A DNA stretch of 63,998 nucleotides, the filler included, from Candidatus Methanoxibalbensis ujae (GTDB lineage Archaea > Halobacteriota > Syntropharchaeia > Alkanophagales > Methanospirareceae): NCBI GenBank assembly GCA_026134085.1. It is 5 parts of 4 records of this genome, joined end to end, with 100 filler letters (N's around TTAATTAATTAA, not from the genome) between each part and the next. Parts side by side here need not be neighbours in the genome. Positions count along the whole stretch, not along the records: positions 31,033 to 60,642 come from JAOQIN010000021.1; 4 more parts are not named here. One strand, 5' to 3'. Shown in pieces: positions 40,696-50,395 of the stretch (position 1 is the stretch's first letter; every line of letters begins with the position of its first letter). A program made the position numbers and the translations under genes. The notes below the pieces were generated by a model, which was not told the origin of the DNA, ran no database searches, and saw nothing but the letters and a program-made list of their open reading frames with translations.

Positions 40696-41928
40696 ATGAT
40701 GAAGAAAGTTGTCATTGTGGGCTCTGGTGCTGGCGGTGCTACTGTTGCGAGGGAGCTTGCGTCTTTTTTTGATGTGATGATCATTGAGCGAGGTGCGAGA
40801 GTGGAGGGAAAGGATGCGTTCAAGTGCTATGCCAATGTGCCCTCTGCGGTCAAAATCATGCGTGCATTCTGTCTGGGCGGCACGACTGTTGTGAGTGTGG
40901 GAAACGGCGTGAGGTTTCACGATGAAATTGCGGGCATCCGTCTTGATTATGAAAATGTTGAGCGCGATATAGGTGTGCATCCGCTGCCTGATTCGCTTAT
41001 GGGGGAGGGCACACGCATGATCGCAGAGTCCGCATCTGATATGGGGTTTGATGTTGAGAGGATGCCCAAGTTCATCGCAGCTTCAAAATGCATACAGGAC
41101 GGCAGATGTGCCTTCGGATGCAGCACCTCCGCAAAATGGACAGCTCTGAACTTTGTTGAACATGCTGAGAAGTGTGGTGCAAGCGTTATTACTGAAACTG
41201 TCGTTGAGGAAATTGTTGTGCGAGGCGGCGAGGTGAAAGGTGTTGTTGCCCGCCCATCACACAGCACAAATGCGAAATTCATAGAGGCGGATGCAGTTGT
41301 CCTCGCTGCAGGCGCGCTGGAAACGCCACTTCTCCTTCAGAAAGCGGGACTTCCCGCATCTCCAGATTCGCTTTTCACTGACACATTCATCACAGTTGGC
41401 GGCGTAATCCCGGAGCGCACAAAAAAGGACGCAAGAATTAATTTCAGCAGAGAAATACCGATGGGCATATTTATACAATTTGAAAACTTCATTTTGAGCC
41501 CTCACTTCGCACGTGATTTGCCGAATGCGCTCAGGCGTAACGGGATAAATGCGAGAAATTCTGAAGTTCTCGGGATAATGGTCAAGATAAAGGACGAGGA
41601 GAAAGGCGTTATCCGAAATGGAAGTGTGGAGAAAGGGGTATCCGCGCATGACGCAGAGATACTCGCGGAAGGTGCGTCAATTGCAGGTGCGATACTCGTG
41701 AATGCAGGTGTTCTCCCCGGTTCGCTTGTCTCCACTTCTCCGAGAGGTGCGCATCCAGGCGGAACAGCTAAGATAGGAGTTGCAGTTGACAGAAACCTTG
41801 AGACAGAGGCGAGCGGTCTTTTTGTAGCCGATGCATCTTTGCTGCCTGAAGCGCCCGGTGCACCTCCCATCCTCACAATAGTTGCGCTCGCAAAACACGC
41901 AGCTGATGTTCTGAAGGAGTTGTGCTGA
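40696..41928 (+). CDS. GMC-family FAD oxidoreductase
   Basis: VGSGAGG, LGGTTV, CIQDGRCAFGC, AAGALETP, HPGGTA, DASLLP..PPILTI. Confidence 0.8.
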   Translation: MMKKVVIVGSGAGGATVARELASFFDVMIIERGARVEGKDAFKCYANVPSAVKIMRAFCLGGTTVVSVGNGVRFHDEIAGIRLDYENVERDIGVHPLPDSLMGEGTRMIAESASDMGFDVERMPKFIAASKCIQDGRCAFGCSTSAKWTALNFVEHAEKCGASVITETVVEEIVVRGGEVKGVVARPSHSTNAKFIEADAVVLAAGALETPLLLQKAGLPASPDSLFTDTFITVGGVIPERTKKDARINFSREIPMGIFIQFENFILSPHFARDLPNALRRNGINARNSEVLGIMVKIKDEEKGVIRNGSVEKGVSAHDAEILAEGASIAGAILVNAGVLPGSLVSTSPRGAHPGGTAKIGVAVDRNLETEASGLFVADASLLPEAPGAPPILTIVALAKHAADVLKELC

Positions 41929-41972
41929 AGAGTTGTTATAAAGAGTTGTGCTGGTTGTTCTGAGGAGTTGTT

Positions 41973-42692
41973 ATGAAGCAGGAGAAAAGAGGAGCAAATA
42001 AAAGAAGGGCAATGAATGAGAGAGGTGGCGGATACCGCGGCAGGAAGCAGTTTGAAATAGGCGTGGATGAGGCGGGGAGAGGACCTGTGATGGGCTCAAT
42101 GTTCGTTGCGGGCGTTTTGAACTTTGAAGGTCTCGCGGATATCAATGTGAAAGACTCAAAGAAACTGAACTCAGCAAGAAGGGCACATCTCGCAGAAATA
42201 ATTGAACAGAGGACGCTAATTCGTGTTGAGGAGATAAGCGCATCACAGATAGATGAGGAGAGGGAAAGAGGGAGAAGTATGAACGATATCACGCTTGACC
42301 TCGCATCAAAGGTCGTGTGCTTTTTCATCAGAAAATTTCCGGTGCGTGCATTTGTGGATGCGGCTGATGTGAAGCCTGAGAGGTTTGCGAGAAAACTGAA
42401 AGAACGCTGCTCGCTTTTGTGCGGGAGCGCACCTGAGATAATATCTGAATGGAAGGCTGACGAGAAGTATCCTGTTGTAAGTGCAGCATCAATAATAGCA
42501 AAGGTTCGCCGCGATAGGTGCATGCGTGAGATATCCGAACATCTGGGATGTGATGTTGGAAGCGGCTACCCTTCGGACCCCAGGACAATCGCATTCCTGC
42601 GAAGTGTGATGAGGGAGAAGGAGATACCATATTCCGTGAGACCTTTCGTGAGAAAATCGTGGAAAACCTTTCATAAAATAAAAAAAGCATGA
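41973..42692 (+). CDS. rnhB: Ribonuclease HII
   Basis: GVDEAGRGPVMG, KDSKKL, KAD, SAASIIAKV, GSGYPSD. Confidence 0.95.
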   Translation: MKQEKRGANKRRAMNERGGGYRGRKQFEIGVDEAGRGPVMGSMFVAGVLNFEGLADINVKDSKKLNSARRAHLAEIIEQRTLIRVEEISASQIDEERERGRSMNDITLDLASKVVCFFIRKFPVRAFVDAADVKPERFARKLKERCSLLCGSAPEIISEWKADEKYPVVSAASIIAKVRRDRCMREISEHLGCDVGSGYPSDPRTIAFLRSVMREKEIPYSVRPFVRKSWKTFHKIKKA

Positions 42693-43681
42693 CTTCGCGA
42701 TCATCATATATGTTTCCGAGAGTGCGTTTGAGGAGGCTTCGCCGTCTGAAAATTGTGCGAGAGACACGCATATCTGTGAAAGACCTCATACTTCCGGTTT
42801 TCGTTGACGAGACGCTTGAGGGGAGAGATAAAAAAAAGATAGAAGCGATGCCAGGGCAGTTCAGATTTTCGCTTGATTCTGTTGTTGATGAGGTTTCATC
42901 GGCAATTGACAGAGGTATCTCATCGTTCCTCCTGTTCGGAATCCCTCTCAAAAAGGACGATGTGGGAAGTGAGGCATTCAACAGCGAGGGCATCGTCCAG
43001 CGTGCTGTGAGGCGATTGAAAGATGAATTCGATGACATAATTGTGATAACAGATCTCTGCTTATGCGAATACACAACACACGGACATTGCGGGCTTATTG
43101 ATGACAGGGGAGAGATACTGAATGACGAGACTCTTGATGTCCTCGGAAAAATAGCAGTGAGCCAGGCACATGCGGGCGCTGATATTGTTGCGCCATCTGG
43201 CATGATGGACGGCATGGTATCCGCAATCAGAAATGCCCTTGACGATGCAGGTCTCAAAAACACGGCAATCATGAGTTATTCCGCAAAATTCCACTCTTCC
43301 CTTTACGCACCTTTCAGAGAAGCGGCAGAATCAGCACCTGTGATGGGAGACAGAAGCACATATCAGATGGACTTCGCAAACGCAAGAGAAGCTCTGCGCG
43401 AAATACAATTGGACATCGAAGAGGGTGCAGATATAGTTATGGTAAAGCCCGCACTGTTCTATCTCGACATAATCTCAGCAGCAAGAGCACGCTTTGATGT
43501 CCCTATCGCCGCATACAATGTCAGCGGTGAGTATTCCATGATCATGACAGCTTCTGAGAGAGGATTTATTGATAAAAATGCCGCCATTATAGAGACATTA
43601 ACAGCAATAAAAAGAGCAGGAGCTGATATAATTATATCCTATTTTGCAAAAGATGTCGCGGATATAATTGAGATGAGATGA
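42689..43681 (+). CDS. hemB: Porphobilinogen synthase
   Basis: DLCLCEYTTHGHCG, APSGMMDG, MVKPAL, YNVSGEY. Confidence 0.97.
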   Translation: MTSRSSYMFPRVRLRRLRRLKIVRETRISVKDLILPVFVDETLEGRDKKKIEAMPGQFRFSLDSVVDEVSSAIDRGISSFLLFGIPLKKDDVGSEAFNSEGIVQRAVRRLKDEFDDIIVITDLCLCEYTTHGHCGLIDDRGEILNDETLDVLGKIAVSQAHAGADIVAPSGMMDGMVSAIRNALDDAGLKNTAIMSYSAKFHSSLYAPFREAAESAPVMGDRSTYQMDFANAREALREIQLDIEEGADIVMVKPALFYLDIISAARARFDVPIAAYNVSGEYSMIMTASERGFIDKNAAIIETLTAIKRAGADIIISYFAKDVADIIEMR

Positions 43682-43799
43682 AAATAAAAAATAATAGATA
43701 AAATAATTTTGCGAACAAAAATAATGATAATAATAATATAATAATAAAAAATAAAGATAAAAAACAAAACGACGTGTTCTGATGACACCACCTCACCAT

Positions 43800-44125
43800 G
43801 TTGAGCGAACATCCTGCAGAACATATTCCAGCCATAGCTCCTCAAACTTCCAAACTCTTCCTCTCTCTTCCTTGACTGTTATGGAGCAAAAAATCTCGGC
43901 TCCCTGTTTGAAAGAGCTGAAGACTCAACCAGGCTCCTTTCTCCAATGCTTTCATTTAATGAACGATATTCTATTTTATCAAGAATGGTTTCTTCAACCT
44001 CACACCAGGCACTTAAGGAATAGGCTGTCAATGCATTCCCTGATAAACCATCTGGATGATTTTATTCCTTTCAATGTCAAATTCATTCAGTAACTCAATC
44101 AGTTTTCTATACCTCCACCATAAAA
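43800..44125 (-). pseudogene. Possible IS5-like DDE transposase remnant
   Basis: Minus strand gives RSLVES then VFSSFKQ after a small frameshift, resembling the third catalytic (E) motif; otherwise fragmented. Confidence 0.4.
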
Positions 44126-44210
44126 ATTATTTATTTTGTTTTATGCTTATTCGGACACGCCCAAACAAACCAAACAAAAAATAATAAAAAAACAAAAAAA
44201 CAAAAAAACA

Positions 44211-45062
44211 TCAGAGAAGCGGCGCATCTGCGAGTTTTATGAGGGCCTCCTTTTCCATGAAGTGAAGGTTGCCGACGGCAACAAGGATATGCGGAGGATC
44301 TCCAAAATCATAAGTCCTCAGCGCATCGATGTAATCTGCTTTCACAACCTGATCAGAGGCACCCACCCGCGCAATACCGACGAAGAGAACATCGCTTATT
44401 CCTCCTATCATTCCACCAGCTCTCATGTCACAATCATCTTCATTCCTGTCTCCTGATTTCACCAGTTCATCATCCATCTCAGCATCCATCTCAGAACTCA
44501 TTCTCCTTCGCTCAATTTCCTCAAGCAGATTCAGGGCATATCCTATGCTCATGTTTATATCAAGAAAGAGCAGCGTGTGCAGGCCTCTCTTCCTGTTTTC
44601 AATTACAGTTTCATAAGGCACTTCCGAGATAACATCGCGGAAAGGCGGCGAAACAGTGGCGGACCTCCCAAACTTGTATATCTGAAGACCGCATGCGCCG
44701 GCAACAGCGGAATAGACAGAAGATGCATGTATAATCTCAGTTTTTATCCCATTTTCAACGGCACGAAGCATAAGATCAACATGTGTTGTCGCAATCATAG
44801 GGTCTCCAGCACTCAATAACACAACATTTTTCTCCTTTGCATGCTCTAATATGAAATCATTCTCCTCAATATCCTCACGTTTTAAAACAATTATTTTCCT
44901 GCCGTAAATTTTTTCCATTCTTTCTATTCTCCTTCCTGCGAGTGGAGAGGTATAGAATTCTGCAAACACAATATCTGCGTTCCGCACAGCCTCCAGACCT
45001 CTGAGCGAGATGTCCTTCTCGTCCCACACCCCAAGCCCCACAAATATCAGCACCACTATCAC
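44211..45062 (-). CDS. dph5: Diphthine synthase
   Basis: FVGLG, EFYTS, GDPMIATTH, GLQIYKFG, GLHTLLFLDI, DFGDPPH. Confidence 0.95.
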   Translation of the reverse strand: MIVVLIFVGLGVWDEKDISLRGLEAVRNADIVFAEFYTSPLAGRRIERMEKIYGRKIIVLKREDIEENDFILEHAKEKNVVLLSAGDPMIATTHVDLMLRAVENGIKTEIIHASSVYSAVAGACGLQIYKFGRSATVSPPFRDVISEVPYETVIENRKRGLHTLLFLDINMSIGYALNLLEEIERRRMSSEMDAEMDDELVKSGDRNEDDCDMRAGGMIGGISDVLFVGIARVGASDQVVKADYIDALRTYDFGDPPHILVAVGNLHFMEKEALIKLADAPLL

Positions 45063-45196
45063 AGCTCCCGCACAATATATCTCACAGAGGGGTTGCAGGC
45101 TGGCTGCGCTCTGCCTTTCGGAATCGTGAACCTTATATGATAAGGGATCTATTTAAATATTGCCGTCCGCTGTCACACTGTGTGGGGGCGTAAAAA

Positions 45197-45370
45197 ATGA
45201 AGTCATTGATTGTTGAAGGAATTCCAGCATTGATAACATTTTTGTTTCTGATATTTCTGTTTTTCGTCATAATATGGGTGATATCCAAATTCCTCACATA
45301 TATAATCATCGGATTGGGCGTATTAATTCTGCTTCTCATACTTGTCTATATCGTTGTCAAAATTATCTGA
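45197..45370 (+). CDS. Small two-TM membrane protein (57 aa; missing from the ORF track)
   Basis: MKSLIVEGIPALITFLFLIFLFFVIIWVISKFLTYIIIGLGVLILLLILVYIVVKII; GGGGG upstream. Confidence 0.55.
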   Translation: MKSLIVEGIPALITFLFLIFLFFVIIWVISKFLTYIIIGLGVLILLLILVYIVVKII

Positions 45371-45518
45371 GCGGATGGAGATGCAAAAGAGCCACGCAGC
45401 AAGCTATGCGCAGCGGCTGCATCAGACAACAACAGCATCAGACAACAACACACTGAAGATACGATAACAATAAACGGATACGATAAACGGATACGCTGGC
45501 AGCATATGAATGAGCATA

Positions 45519-46811
45519 CTACTCCATGTTTGCGAACATCTTGCTCATGCATCCGGCAATGAGCCCGCCGACAGCGTCATCTGCGAATATCGGAATTTTT
45601 CTCAATATTCCGGGCTTTTTTGTGTCATATCTGAAAAAATTGAAGAGAGCGTTTTTACCGCCTATGTATTCAGCGATTGAAATGCCGATGATTTCATCTG
45701 CGACTATCCAAGATGCGTCTGATCTTGCTGCTTCTCCGCCAAACCAGCCCTTGCGAACTGCTTCATCAAGCAAAATAGCTGCATAAATCAGTGCGGCGAC
45801 ATTCAAATCCTCACATTCCTTCCTAACAATATGTTTGAACAGCTCACGCAAGTTCTCCTCATGCTTCCTCTGCTCATCGTTCCTCCTCCCGCCGTTGCTT
45901 TCGCCGTTTTTTTTCATCAGCTCATCTTCACCCGTACTTCTTCCTGTCGCAATTTGCTGCGAGATTCTTCTGTCTCCGATTTTCGTTTCCGCATCCCTTA
46001 CAACAGATGAGGCCGGCACATGGGCTGGCACATATAGCGAGAACGCGGCATCCGCAATGTCATCCATGCGTATTCCGTAACACCTCTCCAGTTTTCTCAG
46101 TATGTCATCATCGGAGGCATCCATACCTCCCTTCCGCAGCGATTCCCTCACTGCTTCCCTCACAGCATCATATATGGAGGTGCCGAGCTCGGTCGCCTTT
46201 CCAGCAAATGTCACTTCATCCGATTCCCTTCCAGAATCATCAGAAGCAACCTCATCTCCATATTCTCTATCACCGTTATCACCATTATGTTCCATCCCAC
46301 AATCATCACAACCGCTGCAGCGGCAAGCTACAACAATCGCATCCGTCAGGTCGCCTGTCATGGGGTCTCCGGATGAATCTCGCACATTCATATCATAAAG
46401 CGCAGCTGATTTTGCCTCAGTCGCAACAATTATGGCCTCAGCCATTGCGGAAACCCTCAAATTTCTGTCAATTATCAGAATTATATTCACTGTTGATGAG
46501 GAAATTCCAGCAGTAACAACAGCTATAACTTCATTTTTTGTCACAATTGCTGCGTTTTCCATCGGAACTGCGGTCATCATACCAACAACCTTTCCAAATT
46601 CAACCTTGAAATTTTTTTTAATGAAATTTGTAAGGTGTTCAACGGCATCCTCATTGAAGTCCTCGCTTACCTTGACATTCAGTATTTTCTCAACATCTCT
46701 CACATATCCGCCGTTCAACACTGCCGAGCTCAGCACATCAAACCTGCCGCTCACGATTATGCAATCTTCTCTCCTCTCTATCATTTCAACCATTTCAATC
46801 ATTTCAACCAT
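45519..46811 (-). CDS. cbiS: CbiZ (adenosylcobinamide amidohydrolase) - CobZ (alpha-ribazole phosphatase) fusion, CbiS-like
   Basis: LSSAVLNGG, GMMTAV, TVNII, ATEAK, TGDLTD (CbiZ); DLNVAALI, VADEIIG..EYIGG..ALFNFFRYDTKKPG..DD..GGLIAG (CobZ). Confidence 0.8.
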   Translation of the reverse strand: MVEMIEMVEMIERREDCIIVSGRFDVLSSAVLNGGYVRDVEKILNVKVSEDFNEDAVEHLTNFIKKNFKVEFGKVVGMMTAVPMENAAIVTKNEVIAVVTAGISSSTVNIILIIDRNLRVSAMAEAIIVATEAKSAALYDMNVRDSSGDPMTGDLTDAIVVACRCSGCDDCGMEHNGDNGDREYGDEVASDDSGRESDEVTFAGKATELGTSIYDAVREAVRESLRKGGMDASDDDILRKLERCYGIRMDDIADAAFSLYVPAHVPASSVVRDAETKIGDRRISQQIATGRSTGEDELMKKNGESNGGRRNDEQRKHEENLRELFKHIVRKECEDLNVAALIYAAILLDEAVRKGWFGGEAARSDASWIVADEIIGISIAEYIGGKNALFNFFRYDTKKPGILRKIPIFADDAVGGLIAGCMSKMFANME

Positions 46812-47061
46812 TTCAATTGGCACTTTAAATCTTTGCAGCCGTGTGAAGGGCCACAGACATGGAAAATGGAACGGAGAAATGCGTGCGGTTTGAACGCATG
46901 ACAGAGCAGCGGGAAGCATGCGAAGGGAAAGCTTATCTTCATCCAGGCATGGGCAATATAAATGATCCCATCCCGACAACAGAATCCCATCACGACAACA
47001 GAGGCTGACCAGATGAAGAGGAAGAAGAAGGATTAAAGAAGCAGGCGGAGAGTGAGGAGGA

Positions 47062-48150
47062 GTGCGGATGCGCCGCGGAGTGTGGAGATCTGTTGGAAAA
47101 TGGCTTCTCAACAGAATATACAGGAAATATGAGCAGATACTTGAGGCTGAGATACTTGAGAACCCGCTGCCTGAGCATGTTGCGATAATAATGGATGGAA
47201 ATCGCCGCTTTGCCAGATTTTCTGATCTGTCTTTTTATGAGAGTTACGCACTTGGCGCGAGAAAGACATGGCAAGTAGCCGAATGGTGCTTCGCTCTTGG
47301 TATAAAACAGCTGACAATATATGCATTTTCAATTGAAAATTTCTCACGACCGCCTGAGGAGCGTGAGATACTTTTCCGTTTGATGAAAGAGGAGTTTGAG
47401 CGTGTTGCGCATGAAGAATCAATTCATCGCAACAATGTGAGGGTGAAGGTTATAGGAAACATAAAAATGCTGCCTGAAGATGTTGTCAATGCTATAGAAA
47501 CTGCGGAGTGCGCCACTGCGGGATATGACAGGTTCAGATTGTTCATCGCTGTGGCGTATTCAGGCAGGATGGAGATCCTTGATGCCGCGCGAAAGATCGC
47601 GGAAAAGGTGAAAAGAGGGGAAATACTGCCTGATGATATTGATGAGGACATGATATCCGCACATCTATACATGTGCGAGGACATCTGCCATGACAAAAAC
47701 TTCTGCTGTAACAACAGTTCATCTGGAGATGTGCCAGAGAAGCCAGAGAAGCCAGAGAAAGAAGAAGTGGGTTGTGATTCTGCTGCTGTTGAATATGATG
47801 CAGATGAATGTGATGAATGTGATACTGAATGCGATATCGCTGAACGTGATGCTTATGCGATGAAGACAAAAGCAGGAAGAAGCTGCTCATCAGGGATCTC
47901 CGCGGCGGAGAGAAGGCAGAACGGAATGAAGACGAGTGTTGACCTGATAATAAGGACAGGTGGTGAGAAGAGGTTGAGCAATTTTGTCCCGTGGCAATCG
48001 CTTGGGAACGAATGTGCAGCTTATTTCTGCACGCCTTTCTGGCCCGGGTTCCGCCGCATAGACCTGTTGAGGGCGATAAGAACATATCAGCAGCGTGAGG
48101 AAGAGCGAAATAGAAAAAAGCGCATATTGAAAGCGGGGTGTGTGTTATGA
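47062..48150 (+). CDS. uppS: cis-prenyltransferase (UppS family) with a long acidic Cys-rich insertion
   Basis: HVAIIMDGNRR, YAFSIENFSR, YSGRMEI, DLIIRTGGEKRLSNF.PWQ. Confidence 0.92.
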   Translation: MRMRRGVWRSVGKWLLNRIYRKYEQILEAEILENPLPEHVAIIMDGNRRFARFSDLSFYESYALGARKTWQVAEWCFALGIKQLTIYAFSIENFSRPPEEREILFRLMKEEFERVAHEESIHRNNVRVKVIGNIKMLPEDVVNAIETAECATAGYDRFRLFIAVAYSGRMEILDAARKIAEKVKRGEILPDDIDEDMISAHLYMCEDICHDKNFCCNNSSSGDVPEKPEKPEKEEVGCDSAAVEYDADECDECDTECDIAERDAYAMKTKAGRSCSSGISAAERRQNGMKTSVDLIIRTGGEKRLSNFVPWQSLGNECAAYFCTPFWPGFRRIDLLRAIRTYQQREEERNRKKRILKAGCVL

Positions 48151-48725
48151 GGGCGTTCATCGCGGTTGACATATCTGATGAGATAAGGAAGAAGATAGAG
48201 GATGTTCAGCATGAGTTCAGGTTTCTGAAGAGTGCGAGGTTCGTTGATGCGAAGCAGGCACATATCACACTGAAGTTCCTCGGCGAGATATCTGCGGCAG
48301 ATGACATCATACATGAGCTCTCCTCAATCAGCGTGAATCCGTTCAAAATCACATTCAAAGGAGTTGGATTCTTTCCTGAGATCCCACTGGACAGGCTGAA
48401 AGAGAGAAGGGGGCGTGTGAGAGTGGTGTGGATAGGCGTGGATGACAGCAACGGCAAAGCACTGCAGGCATTACAGCAGGATGTTGATGCGAGAATGGCA
48501 AAATTGGGCTTCGCTCCTGAAAAAGATTTCAGTCCACACACGACTATATGCAGGATAAAGCGCTCAATGTCGCGTGATGAGATTGAATCTTTCATAAAAC
48601 GCATAAAATCATTTGAAAACACAAGCATAGGCACGATGATCGTGGATTCCATCAAACTCAAAAAAAGCACACTCACACAGAAAGGTCCAATATACGATGA
48701 TATATATGTTCATAAATTATCATAA
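48147..48725 (+). CDS. thpR: RNA 2',3'-cyclic phosphodiesterase (2H family)
   Basis: MRAFIAVD, HITLKFLG, RVVWIG, PHTTICR, GPIY. Confidence 0.9.
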   Translation: MRAFIAVDISDEIRKKIEDVQHEFRFLKSARFVDAKQAHITLKFLGEISAADDIIHELSSISVNPFKITFKGVGFFPEIPLDRLKERRGRVRVVWIGVDDSNGKALQALQQDVDARMAKLGFAPEKDFSPHTTICRIKRSMSRDEIESFIKRIKSFENTSIGTMIVDSIKLKKSTLTQKGPIYDDIYVHKLS

Positions 48726-48956
48726 GCACAGAAGATGAGCAAGTGTTAAGCGGTGCTCCTGTTATCGTCCGTTATCGTCCCTGCAAATGTTGGATGGTTC
48801 TCTCAATAGCGGTCTCTCAATAGCGGTTCTCTCACTGATAGCAGTGTCAGGCAGGACAGAGCCGCCATGCTGAGCACAGAACCGGAGCCAGAGAGAAATT
48901 GCCAAATGGCATCAGGAGTGTGAAAAGGGTGAGAGGATGCGGATAGAAATATCACA

Positions 48957-50093
48957 CTATAACTCTATAATGCGTTCTGCGGTTTTAACGCCCACTCCTC
49001 TTTCGTTTTCATGCAGTAAGCCTCGTGATATAAGCACATCTTCAAGTGCGTTTATAGTATAAATGACATCATCAGCGGAGACATTTCCCATTGTTGCGAT
49101 TCTGAATATTTTTCCCTTCACTTTGTCCTGACCTCCAACTATAATGATTCCTCTTCTGCGCATCTCTTTTTTCATTTCATCCTCAGTGATTCCATGTGGC
49201 AGGTTTATTGCGGTCACCGTGTTTGAATAAGCGCGCTTTGGGAAAAGCTGCAGGTTCATGCGAGATGCCGCTTCTCTGACAGCTCTTGCGAGAGTTCTAT
49301 GTCTCAGGATGCGGTGATGCAGGCCCTCCTCACGAACAATGCGGAGAGCTTCGTGCAATGCTGAGAAAAGGGGCAGTGCTGGTGTATAGGGAGTTTGAAG
49401 CTTCTCAAAGCTCTTTTTGTATGAGATGAGATCCATGTAGTATGGCTTTCTCCTCTCGTTTGCGGTTATGCGCTTCCATGCTTCTTCACTGATTGACAGT
49501 GCTGAGAGTCCTGGAGGAGCGCCTATGCACTTCTGCGAGCCTACGATTGCGATATCGGCGCCTATGTTGTCGACAGGCACATCATCACCGCCTATTGAGG
49601 TGATGCAGTCAAGCACGAAGATCGCATTCGCATTCTTAACAAGTGCTCCGATGTCCACAGCAGGGTTGAGCACGCCTGTTGAGGTCTCGTTGTGCACCAT
49701 TGTCACCACATCAGGCTCAAAATAATCAATCGCCCCTGCCACATGATTCACAGCGACGGGGAGCCCCCATTCAAACCGCAACGGCATGACAGCATTGCTG
49801 TATTTTGACGCTATCTCAATGAAACGCTCGCCAAATTTTCCGTTTGATATGCATAGCACCCTGTCATCTGTTCTCACAATATTACCGATAGCGGCTTCCA
49901 TCGCACATGTTCCTGAACCGCTGAGCACGAAAATGTCGTTTTCTGTCTGAAATATCTCTTTTAACATCTCAACAATGTCACTGTATAACGCCGCAAACTC
50001 GCTTCCACGATGATATTTCACAGGCTTTGACATCGCTTCCAATATGCGAGGCAGTATCTTCACAGGTCCAGGCGTCATCAAAATCTCTTCCAT
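48957..50093 (-). CDS. Class V PLP aminotransferase (serine-pyruvate/aspartate, SerC-like)
   Basis: MTPGPV, GSGTCAME, HNETSTG, GSQKCIGAPPG, TPYTP, FRIATMG. Confidence 0.85.
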   Translation of the reverse strand: MEEILMTPGPVKILPRILEAMSKPVKYHRGSEFAALYSDIVEMLKEIFQTENDIFVLSGSGTCAMEAAIGNIVRTDDRVLCISNGKFGERFIEIASKYSNAVMPLRFEWGLPVAVNHVAGAIDYFEPDVVTMVHNETSTGVLNPAVDIGALVKNANAIFVLDCITSIGGDDVPVDNIGADIAIVGSQKCIGAPPGLSALSISEEAWKRITANERRKPYYMDLISYKKSFEKLQTPYTPALPLFSALHEALRIVREEGLHHRILRHRTLARAVREAASRMNLQLFPKRAYSNTVTAINLPHGITEDEMKKEMRRRGIIIVGGQDKVKGKIFRIATMGNVSADDVIYTINALEDVLISRGLLHENERGVGVKTAERIIEL

Positions 50094-50395
50094 ATCCCCA
50101 GCCCTCCTCTCAACGCTCTATATTTTTCCTCAAATACAAACAAGCCTGTGCCAATCGAAGTTCTCCTGAGGCAGCGGAGACCTGCCTGAGGCAGCAGAGA
50201 CCTGCCCCGCTTCGCCCATCACATATAGCACCGCTCAATGGATATAAATGGGCGAAGTTTCAGGAATTGCCTGAGCGCGGGAGGCTGAGAGATATCTTTA
50301 CACCGCATCGTCAGAATGTCGTACGCTTGAGCGGTGATTTGGGCGGTGAGATCGGGTCAGAGGTGTTGCATTTGCAGTGACTCATCATATGCACA

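Noticed and set aside
39787..43272. Long antisense ORFs (39787-40980, 42328-43272; also 13275-14195)
   Set aside because: Shadow frames of well-supported genes on the opposite strand.
46812..47111. 100-aa N-terminal extension of the CbiS ORF
   Set aside because: Overlaps the divergent uppS start and promoter region and has no protein-like composition; the true start is near 46811.
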